Counted from the first letter of the stretch, positions 48,719-59,344 are shown. The stretch is DNA of 64,000 bases from an uncultured Verrucomicrobiae bacterium (GCA_963828525.1 CAWHEP010000010.1:304896-368895), one strand, 5' to 3'. Program-made: numbers and translations. Notes: generated by a model not told the origin, from the letters alone.

Positions 48719-51394
48719 ATGCCGCATTTACCGAGCGGGACAATCACGTTTCTCTTCACTGACATCGAGGGAAGTTCCAGGCTGTGGGAGCAGCATCCGG
48801 AAGCGATGCGCGGCGCGCTCGCGCGGCATGACGAGATCCTGCGCGACGCTCTGGAATCGCAAGGCGGCTACATTTTCAAGACGATGGGGGACGCGTTTTG
48901 CGCGGCGTTTGATATAGCGCACGCCGCGCTTACCTCCGCGTTGCTTGCCCAGCGGCGTTTGCACACGGAGTCGTGGGCGGGAGTGCAGGCGGTTAAATCC
49001 CGGATGGCCCTGCACACGGGCGCGGCGGAATTGCGGGACGGAGATTATTTTGGACAGGCGCTCAACCGGGTGAGCCGGCTGCTTTCGGCGGCCCACGGCG
49101 GGCAGACGCTTCTCTCCCGGGCGACGGAGCAGATGGTTCGGGATTTTTTGCCTTCAGGCGCGCGGTTGCGCGAACTGGGAGAACGACGGCTGCGTGATCT
49201 CGCGCGCCCGGAGCATATATTCCAACTGGTAGCCAATGATCTGCCATCCGAGTTTCCGCCCCTGCGCTCGCTGGAAAGCGTGCCGAATAATCTTCCGATC
49301 CAGCTCACGTCGTTTGTCGGACGGGAGCGCGAGATGGCGGAGGTGAAAAGGTTGCTGGGCACAACTCATCTGCTCACCCTGACTGGCACGGGCGGGACTG
49401 GGAAAACGCGGCTCTCGCTCCAGGTGGCTGCAGACCTGATCGAGGATTTCACGGATGGAGTGTGGCTTGTGGAGTTTGCCACGATCGATGACGCCACGCT
49501 GGCGCCCGAGGCGGTTGCGTCCGTGCTTGGACTGCGGCAGGAACCCGACACTCCAATCCTGAGCACGCTGACGGCGTTTCTGCGGGCGAAGAAGCTCCTG
49601 CTGATCCTCGATAATTGCGAGCATGTGATCGCGGGGTGCGCGCGACTCGTTGACGCGCTGCTCCGCGCGTCGCCCAATCTCGTCGTGCTGGCCAGCAGTC
49701 GCGAACCGCTTGGTGTCCCCGGAGAAACGGCGTGGCCGTTGCAACCAATGACGATGCCTGAGAATTGGGCGGAACTGGCGGCGTTGCCCAATGCAGTGGA
49801 GATAATGAGCCAGTTCGAACCCGTGCGGTTGTTTGTGGAACGCGCGACGATGGCGCGTCCCGGATTTGAACTGCGCGCGGGAAATGTGGCCGCGGTCGCG
49901 AAGATATGCTGGAGATTGGACGGCATCCCGCTGGCCATCGAATTGGCGGCGGCTCGGGCGAAGGTTCTCATGGTGAGCCAGATCGCGGAGCGTCTCGACG
50001 ACCGGTTTCACCTGCTCACCGGGGGGAGCCGGACAGCGATGCCGCGACAGCAGACACTGCGCGCCCTGATCGACTGGAGCTTTGATCTGCTGGGCGACGC
50101 CGAACGCAAACTCCTCTGCCGGCTCTCCGTTTTCGGGCGCGGGAGGACGCTTGAGGCGATAAGCGCTGTCTGTTCCGACGAAAACGTGGAGGACTGGGAG
50201 ATACTGGATCTCCTGACCCAACTCGTGGATAAATCCCTGCTCACGGTGGAAAAGACGCCGGACGCGGAAGCGCGGTATTTCATGCTGGAATCGGTGTGGG
50301 ACTACAGCCGGGAGAAGCTCGAGCAATCAGGCGAGGAGTCTGAAATCCGGATCAAGCATCTCGATTACTTCCTGAAATTCGCCGAAGAGGCTGAGCCAAA
50401 GCTCAGCGGACCGGCGCAGCGAGAGTGGCTCGGGAGAGTGGATGCAGAGCGGATCAACATACGATTCGCCGTGGAAGCGAGCATCGAATTTGAGGGCCAG
50501 CGAGCAAAGGGGTTGAAGCTCCTCACCGGGCTGGCCCGGTTCGCGGAGGTACGGGGTCTTTTCACAGAAGCGCTGGAAACATTCGCGCGCCTGCTCGGGT
50601 CCGCCGAGAATGGCGCGCGCGAGGCGGCGCGAGCGAAGGCCCTGGCTTCCGCTGCCCGTCTTGCGTGGGTTTCCGATGATCTTGCCGCATGCGAGGCTTA
50701 CAGCCCTGAGGCTGTGGCCATCTATCGGGAGATCGGCGACAAGCACGGCGTCGCGAGCAGCCTCTGCACGCTGGCCTTGCTGGCCGCGAATGGTCAGCGG
50801 TATGAGGAAGCGGAGGCCCTTCTAGATGAGAGCGCGGCATTAAGTGACGAGCTGGGCGACAAACGTTTGAAGGCCTTGAACCTTCGTTGCAGAGCATCGC
50901 TCGCCTCGGATCGGAATGACTACGCCCGGGCGCTCGTCCTTGCGGAAAACAGCTTCGCATTAAGCCGCGAATTGGGGGACGACTGGATGGCGGGCACGAT
51001 CCAGTGGGCGATCGGGGTCAACGCGACGTTTCTGGGCAGGTATGAAGAGGCGCGGGCGCATTTCGAGGATTGTCTTCGGGCGGGGCAGGATCTTGGCAAC
51101 CGGTGGGGGATGGCATATCCGCTCGAGGCGTTTGCCGCGCTCGCGGTGGCTGAGCATCATTATGAGCGAGCGGCGCGACTGCTGGGCGCGGCGGAAGCGC
51201 TAAGGGCGAAACATGGTTTGTCAGAAGATCACGCCGACCATCCCGCTCTCAGAGAAATTCTAGCGTCGGCTTCTGAACAGCTTTCCACTCCGGAAATGCG
51301 CGGCTTCCGACGGGAAGGCCGCGCAATGTCGGGAGACGCGGCTGCCAACTACGCCTTGGGACTCGCGGACGATACATCGCCAAAAAATCCATGA
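48719..51394 (+). CDS. Class III adenylate cyclase - STAND (NB-ARC/AfsR-like) ATPase - TPR protein
   Basis: FLFTDIEGS, FKTMGDAF, DYFG..NRVSR; GTGGTGKT, LILDNCEH, LDGIPLAIELAAAR; helical repeats; no LuxR HTH. Confidence 0.92.
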   Translation: MPHLPSGTITFLFTDIEGSSRLWEQHPEAMRGALARHDEILRDALESQGGYIFKTMGDAFCAAFDIAHAALTSALLAQRRLHTESWAGVQAVKSRMALHTGAAELRDGDYFGQALNRVSRLLSAAHGGQTLLSRATEQMVRDFLPSGARLRELGERRLRDLARPEHIFQLVANDLPSEFPPLRSLESVPNNLPIQLTSFVGREREMAEVKRLLGTTHLLTLTGTGGTGKTRLSLQVAADLIEDFTDGVWLVEFATIDDATLAPEAVASVLGLRQEPDTPILSTLTAFLRAKKLLLILDNCEHVIAGCARLVDALLRASPNLVVLASSREPLGVPGETAWPLQPMTMPENWAELAALPNAVEIMSQFEPVRLFVERATMARPGFELRAGNVAAVAKICWRLDGIPLAIELAAARAKVLMVSQIAERLDDRFHLLTGGSRTAMPRQQTLRALIDWSFDLLGDAERKLLCRLSVFGRGRTLEAISAVCSDENVEDWEILDLLTQLVDKSLLTVEKTPDAEARYFMLESVWDYSREKLEQSGEESEIRIKHLDYFLKFAEEAEPKLSGPAQREWLGRVDAERINIRFAVEASIEFEGQRAKGLKLLTGLARFAEVRGLFTEALETFARLLGSAENGAREAARAKALASAARLAWVSDDLAACEAYSPEAVAIYREIGDKHGVASSLCTLALLAANGQRYEEAEALLDESAALSDELGDKRLKALNLRCRASLASDRNDYARALVLAENSFALSRELGDDWMAGTIQWAIGVNATFLGRYEEARAHFEDCLRAGQDLGNRWGMAYPLEAFAALAVAEHHYERAARLLGAAEALRAKHGLSEDHADHPALREILASASEQLSTPEMRGFRREGRAMSGDAAANYALGLADDTSPKNP

Positions 51395-52182
51395 AGATCG
51401 CAACCGTCCGATCCCTTGTCTTATTCGGTGTCGTGTTCCTGTCCGCGGCGCGCGGGCAGGAGGTCCCACTTTCTTCTGAAGACTCCATCCGCATTGCCCG
51501 CCGGGTATGGCAAAACGAATGCGGAGGCACGGTGCAGGGGCTGACCTCATGGAACAGCGGCGAGAACTTTGCCTCCCTCGGCATTGGCCATTTCATCTGG
51601 TATCCGGCCGGGGCGGCAGGACCTTTCGAGGAAAGCTTCCCGGACTTGTCGCGGCTGCTGGCAGAGCGAGGGGTGAGCCTCCCAGACTGGCTGAAGCCGG
51701 GGAGTCATTGCCCGTGGAGTTCGCGCGCGGAGTTTCAGCGCGATCTCCAAAGCGCGAGGATGAAGCAGTTGCGGCAGATACTCGCCGCGACGCTTCCGAT
51801 TCAGACGGAGTTCCTCGAGCGGAGATTGCAGAAGGCGCTGCCGAAGATGCTGGAGGCGAGCGCGCCATCGCGCCGGGAGGCGGTCCGGCGACAGTTCGAC
51901 AGGATGTCGCATGGCGGTTCGCGCGCTGTTTACGCGCTGATTGACTACGTCAACTTCAAAGGGGAGGGCAGCCTGGCGACGGAGAGATATAATGGGCAGG
52001 GCTGGGGGTTGCTGCAGGTCCTTGAGAATATGCCGGACTCCAGCAGCGAAAGCCCGGCGGCAGACTTCGCGCGATCAGCGCGGGAGGTGCTCGCCCGCCG
52101 GGTGAAGAACTCGCCGCCTGAGCGGCACGAAGCGCGCTGGCTTCCCGGCTGGCTGAACCGTGTCGGTTCTTACGCCGGCTAG
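51391..52182 (+). CDS. Secreted hypothetical protein, probable lysozyme-like fold
   Basis: Signal peptide; NE..ASLGIGH, YALIDYVNFKGE and PGWLNRV. ATGA overlap with the upstream gene. Confidence 0.7.
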   Translation: MKIATVRSLVLFGVVFLSAARGQEVPLSSEDSIRIARRVWQNECGGTVQGLTSWNSGENFASLGIGHFIWYPAGAAGPFEESFPDLSRLLAERGVSLPDWLKPGSHCPWSSRAEFQRDLQSARMKQLRQILAATLPIQTEFLERRLQKALPKMLEASAPSRREAVRRQFDRMSHGGSRAVYALIDYVNFKGEGSLATERYNGQGWGLLQVLENMPDSSSESPAADFARSAREVLARRVKNSPPERHEARWLPGWLNRVGSYAG

Positions 52183-52273
52183 CCTCAAGGTCGGAAAACA
52201 GGCAATCTCCTTTTTGGCGAACACGCGCGCGTGTCCCTCGGCCCGCGATAGATTCTCCACAACGGAGAAAATT

Positions 52274-53137
52274 ATGCTAGTACGCGTCGGATACGATATC
52301 ATCTTTAACCTGCCCAACCCGGCATCCATGATCTTGATGCTTTACACGCATCCATCGCGGGCGGCGGACATGATCAAAAGGGAAACGCTGCAGGTGGAAC
52401 CAAACATCCCGGTGAACGAATTCATCGATGGCTTTGGCAATCGCTGCGCCCGCATCGCCGCTCCGGCCGGGCGGCTGCGGCTCTACAACGACGCTGTCGT
52501 GTGGGATAATGGCGAACCTGAGCCCGCGTTCCCGGACGCGGCGCAGCATTCAATCGCGGAGTTGCCTCCAGAGGTTCTCCGCTACCTTTTCGCAAGCCGT
52601 TATTGCGAGGTGGACCGTCTCAACGACATCGCTTGGAATCTGTTTGGCGCGACAACCCCGGGATGGTCCCGCGTGGAAGCCATCTGCAGTTGGGTGCATT
52701 CGCATTTGCGTTTCGATTACAAGCTGGCCCGCCCGACCCGCACTGCTTACGACGCCTATGTGGAGAAAGTCGGTGTATGCCGCGACTTTACGCATCTCGC
52801 CATCACACTCTGCCGCTGCATGAACATACCGGCGCGTTATACCACCGGGTATCTCGGCGACATATGCGTGCCAGCCGCTCCGTTTCCCATGGATTTCAGC
52901 GCTTCGATGGAGGTGTATCTGGGTGGCCGCTGGCATACATTCGACCCTCGGCATAATGAGCGCCGTGTGGCGCGCATCCTCATGGCGACGGGTTGCGACG
53001 CGGGCGACGTGGCGCTTACGACTACATTCGGGCCGAGCCGCCTGGATCAGTTCAATATTTGGACTGAAGAGATCCAGAGCGCTGATATCAAGCCGCTGAA
53101 CCCCGCGCCCACAGAGCCGGCTATGGCGACAAGCTAG
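52274..53137 (+). CDS. Transglutaminase-like family protein
   Basis: YLFASRYCEVD, GVCRDFTH, DFSASME and FDPR. Confidence 0.9.
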   Translation: MLVRVGYDIIFNLPNPASMILMLYTHPSRAADMIKRETLQVEPNIPVNEFIDGFGNRCARIAAPAGRLRLYNDAVVWDNGEPEPAFPDAAQHSIAELPPEVLRYLFASRYCEVDRLNDIAWNLFGATTPGWSRVEAICSWVHSHLRFDYKLARPTRTAYDAYVEKVGVCRDFTHLAITLCRCMNIPARYTTGYLGDICVPAAPFPMDFSASMEVYLGGRWHTFDPRHNERRVARILMATGCDAGDVALTTTFGPSRLDQFNIWTEEIQSADIKPLNPAPTEPAMATS

Positions 53138-53164
53138 TCGTCCGCCGCGCTGGGCGGTTCCGAA

Positions 53165-53974
53165 CTACGCCGCCTTTTTGCGGCGAACTGGCTTTGGTTT
53201 TTTGTCTTTGCTCTTGGACAAGCTCTCCTGAAGAACGCTCAGGAGGTCGATAACCTTCGGGGACTTCTTCTGGGAGGGCTTTCTGGCGGGCTCCTGGTCG
53301 GGATGCTCGACCTTCTCTTCGATGACTTTCTCGAGCGCCTGGCGGTAATCGTCCTTGTAGCTTTCTGGATGCCAGTCGCTCGTCATGCTGTCGATGAGCG
53401 CCTCCGCCATCGCCATCTCCTTTTTGCCAACTTCCTTTTCGGCGACTCGGAAGTCGTTCGAATCGATTAACTCGTCAGCGAAATGCATCAGCTCCAGCAT
53501 CAAAAGGTCATCCTGTGGCTTCACCGCCGCGAGATACTGGCGAGTCTTTATGATGACTTTCGCGATGCCGATTCTGCCGGTCTTTTTGAGCGCTTCGCGC
53601 AACAGGGCATACGCTTTGTCACCGCCCTTCTGTGGCTCCATGAAGTAGGGCTTGTAGAAAAAGATAGGATTTACCTGCTTCAGCTCCACGAAGTCTGTGA
53701 TGTCCACGGTCTGCGTCGCCTCCAGATCCACGCGCTCGAAATCCGCCTCGCGGAGCACGACAAATTTTCCTTTTTCGTATTCGTAGCCTTTCACGATCTG
53801 GTCCCAGGGTACCTCCTTGCCATCTGCTTCGGCGATGCGCTTGAAGTTAATCGGACTCAGATCGGCGCCCCTCAGCATCCGGAACTTGAGTTCCTCCTTA
53901 CGGGCCGCGGGGAAGAGAGCGATGGGGATGTTGACGAGCCCGAACGAGATTGAACCCTTCCAGATAGCGCGCAT
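53165..53974 (-). CDS. ku: Ku non-homologous end-joining protein
   Basis: MRAIWKGSISFGLVNIP, IVKGYEYEKG, YKDDYR, VIDL and a basic tail. Confidence 0.96.
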   Translation of the reverse strand: MRAIWKGSISFGLVNIPIALFPAARKEELKFRMLRGADLSPINFKRIAEADGKEVPWDQIVKGYEYEKGKFVVLREADFERVDLEATQTVDITDFVELKQVNPIFFYKPYFMEPQKGGDKAYALLREALKKTGRIGIAKVIIKTRQYLAAVKPQDDLLMLELMHFADELIDSNDFRVAEKEVGKKEMAMAEALIDSMTSDWHPESYKDDYRQALEKVIEEKVEHPDQEPARKPSQKKSPKVIDLLSVLQESLSKSKDKKPKPVRRKKAA

Positions 53975-54053
53975 CGATGCCGTTTCGAATGAGGGAAGGC
54001 ATCTGGATGTTTCCCTTCAAAAATCGGTTTGGATGCTTCATATTCGGGAGCAA

Positions 54054-54770
54054 ATGCCCGTATCCCAGAAGCCGATCCCCGTTCGAGAGCGCCTGATTTT
54101 CGCGCTGGATGTTCCCACAGTTGAAGAAGGGAAACAGTGGGTTGAGAAGCTGGGCGACAGCGTGGTTTTCTACAAACTGGGCCTCCAGGTCTTCATGGCT
54201 GGTGGCTACTATGAGTTCATCGACTGGCTCGCCGCCCGTGGGAAAAAAGTCTTTGCCGACCTAAAATTTTTCGATGTCCCGGAGACTGTGAAACTCGCGG
54301 TAAAACAACTGAACAACCGCCCTGTGACATTCGCCACGGTGCATGGGAACGAAGCCATTGTCCGGGCGGCAGTCGAAGCGAGGCGAGACGTGAAAATCCT
54401 CGCAGTCACCGTCCTTACCAGCCTGGACAGGGATGATCTTCGTGACCTTGGATTTGAGTGCGATGTGGCGGAACTCGTCCTTTCGCGAGCCCGGCGGGCC
54501 CTGGCTGCGGGATGCGATGGCGTAATATCCTCAGGGCTGGAGGCGGCCCGTCTCCGGGCAGATCTTGGATCGCGTTTCCTGATCATCAGCCCCGGCATTC
54601 GCCCTGTGGATAACGCGCTTGCGGATGATCAGAAGCGCGTCGTCGATGTAGAGCAGGCCTTCGAGAACGGCGCCGACTACATTGTCGTCGGCCGGCCCAT
54701 CCGGAACGCCGCCGACCCGCGCGAGGCTGCGGAGAGTCACCAGCGCCGGATCGCGTCGGTGTTTGGCTGA
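54054..54770 (+). CDS. pyrF: Orotidine-5'-phosphate decarboxylase
   Basis: LIFALD, DLKFFDVPET, VTVLTS, SPGIRP and VVGRPI. Confidence 0.96.
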   Translation: MPVSQKPIPVRERLIFALDVPTVEEGKQWVEKLGDSVVFYKLGLQVFMAGGYYEFIDWLAARGKKVFADLKFFDVPETVKLAVKQLNNRPVTFATVHGNEAIVRAAVEARRDVKILAVTVLTSLDRDDLRDLGFECDVAELVLSRARRALAAGCDGVISSGLEAARLRADLGSRFLIISPGIRPVDNALADDQKRVVDVEQAFENGADYIVVGRPIRNAADPREAAESHQRRIASVFG

Positions 54771-54811
54771 ATGTTGCGTCCCGTGGGGTGGTTGCCCTCC
54801 CTGCCCCTGGT

Positions 54812-55078
54812 CTAGCTGCGGCGTGTAGCGACGCGGAGATCCACGGCATAAGCCGGATTCACTTCGAACATCACGCCCGGGATCATCTCGGCCGTGACTT
54901 CTTCCGACGGAGGATCTGTCTCCATGTAGCCGGCCTGCAAAAGACCATTAATGACATCGACGAAATCCTCCGCGTCCAGGTGACTGTGTTCAAGCAATTC
55001 GGGGCCCGGCGTTCCGGTCGCGAAATCGAGTATGCGGAGAATAGCCGTTTCACGTCCGCTGAGCTTTATCTTTCTCAT
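54812..55078 (-). CDS. Small hypothetical protein, possible winged-helix
   Basis: 88 aa with the pattern LSGRE.AILR..ELL...DFVDVINGLLQAGYME. Confidence 0.6.
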   Translation of the reverse strand: MRKIKLSGRETAILRILDFATGTPGPELLEHSHLDAEDFVDVINGLLQAGYMETDPPSEEVTAEMIPGVMFEVNPAYAVDLRVATRRS

Positions 55079-55195
55079 TGAGTCCGCAACACAACTAATT
55101 ACCAGGGGAAGTCCCGGTCAAATGACTATCAGGTGAAAGCCAGCAAAAGCAACGAAGAGACTCGGGCCGGCCCCAATTGACGCGCTGTTCACGAG

Positions 55196-58100
55196 ATGTC
55201 AGAGTGGACGGTGAAACGACGGAGATTCCATGTTGCGGGGTTCTTCGTTTGGGCGTTTCTGGGGCTAATCAGCAGGAACTTTGCGTTCGTTATCAACTAC
55301 CCGGTCTCCGATAGTTTCGATGCTGTTTCCATTGGGAGCGCTCCGGGACTCGGGTGGACCTTAAATCAAAGCGGAGGCACGGTAAAGGTCGCCAGTTCCC
55401 CGGATATTACTGACCGGAGCGTTGCGATCATTAAGACGGTTGCGGGAGGAACGGTTTCCGCCACGCGGGCGTTTGCGGCGCTCAGCGGGATTGTCACGGT
55501 TGAAGCGCGGGTGCAGGCGGGAGAGACCGCTTCGTGGCATTCAGCGCCCACGATCCTGAGCAGCAACGGAAACATCCTTGCAAGCGTCGCGTTCACCAAC
55601 GGCTCCATTGCGAGCGTGAACGGCTCAACAACAACCCCGCTTCTCGGGTTCACCGCGAACAGATGGTACAACTTGCGAGCCGTGCTGAATACGGGCGCCC
55701 AAACATTCGACTTGTTCGTGGATGGCGCTCTTGCGGGGCACAATCTCGCGTTTGTCACATCGGGAACGGATGTAAGCTCGGCGCAGTTTGCCATGAGCGG
55801 CAATTCCAATGGCTCGATGAATTTCGACGACGTGATCGTCTCCCAGGCTCCCATCACCACGAGCTACCTCTTCTATGACAACTTCTCCGATGCCTCCGAC
55901 GTTCCGGGGGCGCCGCCCGCCGGATGGAGTCTTGACACGTCTGGAGGCACCGTGGCGATGTCTTCAAGCGCGACCACGACACCCACGGGTCTCGGGACGC
56001 CGATGATAGTCAAAACGGGTTTGCCTAATGGGGCGGGAGCCACCGCGATCTTCACCGCCACCAGCGGGAAGATCGTCGTTCAAGCGAATCTTCGCACGGA
56101 TGAGCTCAGTAGCATGAAGACGCTCGAAATCCGGAACGCGAGCGGCGCCGGCATTGTCACACTTGCTTTTAGTGGCAGCTCTCTTTGCGCGTACGACGGG
56201 GGGACGCTGCTGACCCTGCAACCTATTTCGGCGCTCGAATGGTATAACTTGAGGCTGGTAATGGATACCGGGACAGGGAAGTACGATCTTTATGTGGACG
56301 GGAAGCAGCTTTTGCAACAAGCCTCATTCCACAACGCCGGGAATGGAGCGGTCTCGCAACTATACGCGGGGATTGGCCCGAATTGCGCGGGAACTCTGTA
56401 CATCGACAAGGTGATGGTATATAAAAACCCGCTCGCTTCAGCGCCGCCAGGCCCTGTGTTCGACGTGGCTGCTTATGGCGCGGTTGGGGATGGCTCCACT
56501 GTTAACACGGCGGCGATCCAGCGCGCGATCAATGCTTGCGCGGGGACTGGTGGCTCCGTTTACCTGCACGATGGGACATTCATGTCTGGCGGTTTGACCC
56601 TGCAGTCAAACATGACGTTCTGGGTGGATAGGACGGCGACATTAAGAGGTGTGCCTTGCGCGGATCTGGCAAGCGCGGACGCGAACTATCCCGAGCAGAA
56701 AATCGCTTCATCGAACGATAACTATTGGTATCGAGCCCTCCTTTTCTCCAACGCGGCAAATAACCTCACAGTGGATGGAGGAGGGGCGCTGGATGGGAAT
56801 AGCCTTGGCAACGCCTATGCAACAGGCGCGAACATTCTATCCCTGAATGCCGGCAGCAACATTACGGTGCGCAATCTCTACGTCACCCAGGGAGCGGGGT
56901 GGCACATACGGCCTCTGGAATGCGATAACGTCACGATCCAGGACGTTTCGCTCTACGACACCGCAAGTCCCAACCGGGACGGAATCGATGTGGTCGACTG
57001 CAGCAACACTCTCGTGGAGCGATGCAGTATTTTCACGGAGGATGACGCGTTTTGCTTTAAGAGCGGCGTTTCTCGCGGTGTGGTGAACCTGGTAGCGCGG
57101 GACTGCAGCGGAGCTTCCTCCTACGCGAACGGGATAAAGTTTGGAACCGTCAGCTACGGAAGTTTCATGAATATCCTCGTCCAGGATATGAGTATCAAAA
57201 ACTGCGGGCGCAGCGGCATCTCCGTCGAAACAGTGGACGGAGCGACCACGTACAATCTCACGCTGAGGAGGATAAAGACCTACCAGACCGCTGACCCCCT
57301 GTTCATGCTCATGGGAGATCGAGGGGTTTTATCCTATGGCTATTCACACAAATTCCCGACCGTCGGCACGGTCAAGTTTGAGACAATCTCAGGCGACCAC
57401 AGCGAGAACAACCTTGGTTCGGCGATCACGGGCTACGTGGAGAATGGGGTAACGTCGAAGCTTTACAACCTGCTGTTCCATAACGTTAACCTGATTTGTG
57501 ATGGCGGTGTAACTACTGTGCCCGGGACGCCTCCTGAATACGACGGCGTTGACCAGCAGTATCCTGAATACACTGATTTCGGAACTCTTCCGGCTTGGGG
57601 ATATTACCTCCGGCACATCGATGGTGTGACGTTCGACGGATGCGCCGCCTCTGTGACCCCAGCAGATGCGCGCTCTCTCATGGTTTCAAACGACGTGCTG
57701 AACCTGCAAACACAAACACAAACACCCACGCCCACACCCACGCCCACGCCCACGCCCACGCCCACGCCCACGCCCACGCCCACACCCACACCCACACCCA
57801 CACCCACACCCACACCCACACCCACACCCACGCCCACACCCACACCCACGCCCACACCCACACCCACACCCACACCCACACCCACACCCACACCCACACC
57901 CACACCCACACCCACACCCACGCCCACGCCCACACCCACACCCACACCCACGCCCACACCCACGCCCACACCCACACCCACACCCACGCCCACACCCACG
58001 CCCACACCCACACCCACACCAACTTCTCCGGTGCCGTCTCCGTGGGTCAGCGGTGATGTTGGCTCTCCGGCGCTTACGGGAACGTCTTCGTTTGCGTCCG

Positions 58101-59338
58101 GCGTGTTTTATGTGCAGGGCGCCGGGAGCGATATTTTCGCCCAACAGGATCAATTCCAGTTTGTCTGGCAGACGCTCGCGGGGGATGGATCGATTACCGC
58201 CCGGGTGACCAGCGTGGGCGCCACGGACCCGTGGACGAAGGCTGGCATCATGCTGAGGCAGGATACCACGCCCGGATCCGCCAACGTGATGCTCCTTCTC
58301 ACCGGAAGTAATGGCGGCGAATTCCAGTGGAGGTCACAGGGCGGCGGCTCGACTAGTTATAACAGCGGCAGCCCGGCTGGCGCGTCGCGATGGCTGAAGC
58401 TGACGCGAAGCGGCGGTGTCATCAGCGGATTCCAGTCAGTTGATGGCAGCGCGTGGATGCCGCAGGGAAGCGTTTCTGTGGCTATGACTCAGCCCCTCCT
58501 CGCAGGCCTGGCAGTCACGGCGCACAACACCTACACGCTAAACACCTCCACGTTCGACAACGTCAGCGTGACAGTCGCGCCGGTGCCTCTCCCCACACCT
58601 GTCGTCACCGTCACCGCGCAAACCGCTGACGCGTTCGAACTGGGCGCGACTCCTGGCGTGTTTACTCTCTCTCAATCAGGAAGCGGGGCAGTGGCGATAA
58701 ACTACTCCATCGCCGGCACAGCGGCGAACGGGAGCCGCTATACGATCGGCGCGAGTCCGGCCCTGATCCTCTCGGGGACAAGCTCCGCGTCCATCAATGT
58801 AACGCCAGTCTCCAACAATGTTTCCGATGGCGATCAAACTGTTGTCGTAACGCTTGCGTCAGGGAGCGGCTACACCATTGGTAGCAACAGCTCGGCGACG
58901 GTTACGATCCACGACAAGCCGCTCGATGGCTGGCGATTCAATGTGTTCGGCGCGGACGCGAATAATGCCGCCATCAGTGGCGATCTGGTGATCAACAACC
59001 AGGCGAACATCCCGAATTTGCTGGCCTACGCGCTGGGGGTTAATCCCTACGTGGCTTCTGCCGGGGCGCTGCCCGCTTGTGCCACTGTCTCGCTATCGGG
59101 AACGGACTATCTGGCGCTCAGCTTCGCGCGGAACCCTACGGCGTCGGACATCACCTACACCGTGCAAGCGTCTCCGGATCTCTCCGGTTCGAACTGGGCA
59201 ACGGTGTCCGCCTACAGCGCCGGCGCCTGGAGTCGCGGCGCCGACGTCGTCGAAACGTCAGGAACCACAACGGTGCGAATGACGACGCCGATGAGCGTGG
59301 CCCCCAGCCAGTTCATCCGCCTGCAAATATCGCGCTGA
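55196..59338 (+). CDS. Multidomain secreted GH28-like pectin hydrolase: two ConA-like domains, GH28 beta-helix, (TP)50 linker, DUF1349-like, Calx-beta-like and C-terminal domain
   Basis: [61 protein letters not shown] and KAGIMLR. Confidence 0.85.
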   Translation: MSEWTVKRRRFHVAGFFVWAFLGLISRNFAFVINYPVSDSFDAVSIGSAPGLGWTLNQSGGTVKVASSPDITDRSVAIIKTVAGGTVSATRAFAALSGIVTVEARVQAGETASWHSAPTILSSNGNILASVAFTNGSIASVNGSTTTPLLGFTANRWYNLRAVLNTGAQTFDLFVDGALAGHNLAFVTSGTDVSSAQFAMSGNSNGSMNFDDVIVSQAPITTSYLFYDNFSDASDVPGAPPAGWSLDTSGGTVAMSSSATTTPTGLGTPMIVKTGLPNGAGATAIFTATSGKIVVQANLRTDELSSMKTLEIRNASGAGIVTLAFSGSSLCAYDGGTLLTLQPISALEWYNLRLVMDTGTGKYDLYVDGKQLLQQASFHNAGNGAVSQLYAGIGPNCAGTLYIDKVMVYKNPLASAPPGPVFDVAAYGAVGDGSTVNTAAIQRAINACAGTGGSVYLHDGTFMSGGLTLQSNMTFWVDRTATLRGVPCADLASADANYPEQKIASSNDNYWYRALLFSNAANNLTVDGGGALDGNSLGNAYATGANILSLNAGSNITVRNLYVTQGAGWHIRPLECDNVTIQDVSLYDTASPNRDGIDVVDCSNTLVERCSIFTEDDAFCFKSGVSRGVVNLVARDCSGASSYANGIKFGTVSYGSFMNILVQDMSIKNCGRSGISVETVDGATTYNLTLRRIKTYQTADPLFMLMGDRGVLSYGYSHKFPTVGTVKFETISGDHSENNLGSAITGYVENGVTSKLYNLLFHNVNLICDGGVTTVPGTPPEYDGVDQQYPEYTDFGTLPAWGYYLRHIDGVTFDGCAASVTPADARSLMVSNDVLNLQTQTQTPTPTPTPTPTPTPTPTPTPTPTPTPTPTPTPTPTPTPTPTPTPTPTPTPTPTPTPTPTPTPTPTPTPTPTPTPTPTPTPTPTPTPTPTPTPTPTPTPTPTSPVPSPWVSGDVGSPALTGTSSFASGVFYVQGAGSDIFAQQDQFQFVWQTLAGDGSITARVTSVGATDPWTKAGIMLRQDTTPGSANVMLLLTGSNGGEFQWRSQGGGSTSYNSGSPAGASRWLKLTRSGGVISGFQSVDGSAWMPQGSVSVAMTQPLLAGLAVTAHNTYTLNTSTFDNVSVTVAPVPLPTPVVTVTAQTADAFELGATPGVFTLSQSGSGAVAINYSIAGTAANGSRYTIGASPALILSGTSSASINVTPVSNNVSDGDQTVVVTLASGSGYTIGSNSSATVTIHDKPLDGWRFNVFGADANNAAISGDLVINNQANIPNLLAYALGVNPYVASAGALPACATVSLSGTDYLALSFARNPTASDITYTVQASPDLSGSNWATVSAYSAGAWSRGADVVETSGTTTVRMTTPMSVAPSQFIRLQISR
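57722..58021 (+). repeat. Hexanucleotide tandem repeat AC(A/G)CCC, about 50 copies, encoding a Thr-Pro linker
   Basis: Directly visible and in frame within the GH28 gene. Confidence 0.98.
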
Positions 59339-59344
59339 CGCGTT

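Noticed and set aside
12899..50326. Many long antisense ORFs (e.g. 13870..14958, 17004..18122, 36931..37893, 49154..50326)
   Set aside because: Such ORFs are expected in high-GC DNA opposite well-supported genes, and they carry no motifs.
57595..58153. Poly-GV, poly-WV, poly-HT and poly-CG ORFs over the hexamer repeat
   Set aside because: These are alternative-frame readings of the Thr-Pro linker. The repeat has no spacers, so it is not a CRISPR array either.
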